Shown in pieces: positions 62,892 through 64,000 of a stretch of 64,000 nucleotides of DNA. Source of the stretch: Patellaria atrata CBS 101060 (Eukaryota); contig MU006090.1 in the NCBI GenBank assembly GCA_010093705.1, positions 1,391,817 through 1,455,816 of the forward strand, given 5' to 3'. The notes under the pieces were generated by a model that made no database searches, was not told where the DNA came from, and saw only the letters and a list, made by a program, of their open reading frames with translations. The translations under genes were made by a program, and so were the position numbers. Within the stretch, counting starts at the first letter, position 1; the number at the start of each line of letters is the position of its first letter.

Positions 62892-64000
62892 CCTGACGAT
62901 GGTATGCAAATTAGATAACGCGGGGGACAGGCAAGGACGATGTTGATGCAGGGACTATGAGTAGATACAGAATTGATAGCAAGTAGCCGCAACAGCGAAG
63001 GTAAAAAGACTGATGAGCGAGGTATCAGTCCTTAAATGATGAATTGATGTTCTGAGGAATCAAACAGCAGAAAAGTTGACAGGAAGGTGCATATATAAAA
63101 GAGGAAAATACTGGAGGCTGGACAGCGGAGGCATATATGACCCAACATGTATCATTAGCTCGCAAACACTTACAGCTAGTGAACCCTAGCAACGTACATC
63201 GACATCTGCATGAATCACTGTAGGATGGGAGGCAATTGACCTATCAGCAGCCATGTAGCTACGATTGCCACGAATGGTGGTGAAGCGGAAATGCATCAGA
63301 ACCACATCGGAACACATCATTACCCACAACGAACGTTGTAGTTCTCAACTAGGGCCATGTGAGTATGTGCAAGTATGTGCCCACAGGGGGCTGGTTGGTC
63401 ATAGTTGGCTGGGGGATGGCAAAAAAAAGAGCAGCACTAGGGGAACTGTTGAGCATGATGGTCCATCTGGGTCGTGGTAAGCAGCACTTTAGCCTCCTTC
63501 ACCATACTGGCCCATATAGAGGAATACGAACGATTCGGCCATTAAGGTAGTGGCTTGCATGTCGTTACACGGTTGCACTATATGCTCTCACGCGGCATAG
63601 CAACCCCAGTCAGTTGCCTCCAAAATTGATAGCGGGACTTTATGGTGTAGATGTACTGTACTGTACTGTACCATGTACTGTACCCTCGACCTGCTCACCG
63701 AGACTTTGCTGATGGTTTGAATTTGTTTGTAGCATTGTTGCATTTCTGCATTTTTTTTTTGCTTCATCCGGAGATTTTTGCGGTGCCAAAGAAATTCGTG
63801 AACGATAATGTTTGCCGTGGTAGCAGGTGGTGCTTGGTGGTGTGTGAGGTTCGATTGACGTTTAGATGTCGAACTACAACTCTCACCACTCACTAGTCAG
63901 TGGTGGATAGTCTCGTAGATCTTTTGCCTCCCCAATCCCCGCTCCGCCCAGCCATATCATGCCGAACATGCCCGCCGACAATCCTTTCCCGCCAGAAGCT

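Overview
Gene-dense, intron-containing DNA from a filamentous ascomycete (Pezizomycotina, possibly Dothideomycetes; inferred from GT-AG introns with CTRAC/CTAAC branch sites and the gene families present). About 21 apparently intact genes are supported: Hst3/4-type sirtuin, Med16, a CsbD-like stress protein, nrc-2 kinase, Dad3 (absent from the ORF track), MRPS5, Trm2, a SurE-like phosphatase, a BTB protein, an Agp2-like permease, Kap114/importin-9, Rev7, a LYC1-like GNAT, threonine synthase, Gde1, CZIB, a PPR protein, a PIR cell-wall protein and two conserved hypothetical proteins. Five disrupted genes lie among them: an MRJP/yellow gene, a second BTB paralog with RIP-type stops, an RNF216-like RBR ligase, and a head-to-head pair at 55.1-57.5 kb. 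That pair, an atypical protein kinase and a PD-(D/E)xK nuclease-like gene, is the most interesting signal: its architecture resembles a split Spok/Crinkler-type nuclease+kinase module, a candidate two-gene toxin-antidote or drive element now decayed. No tRNA, rRNA, CRISPR array or intact transposon was recognised. All calls come from manual reading, and the frameshifts could partly be assembly errors.
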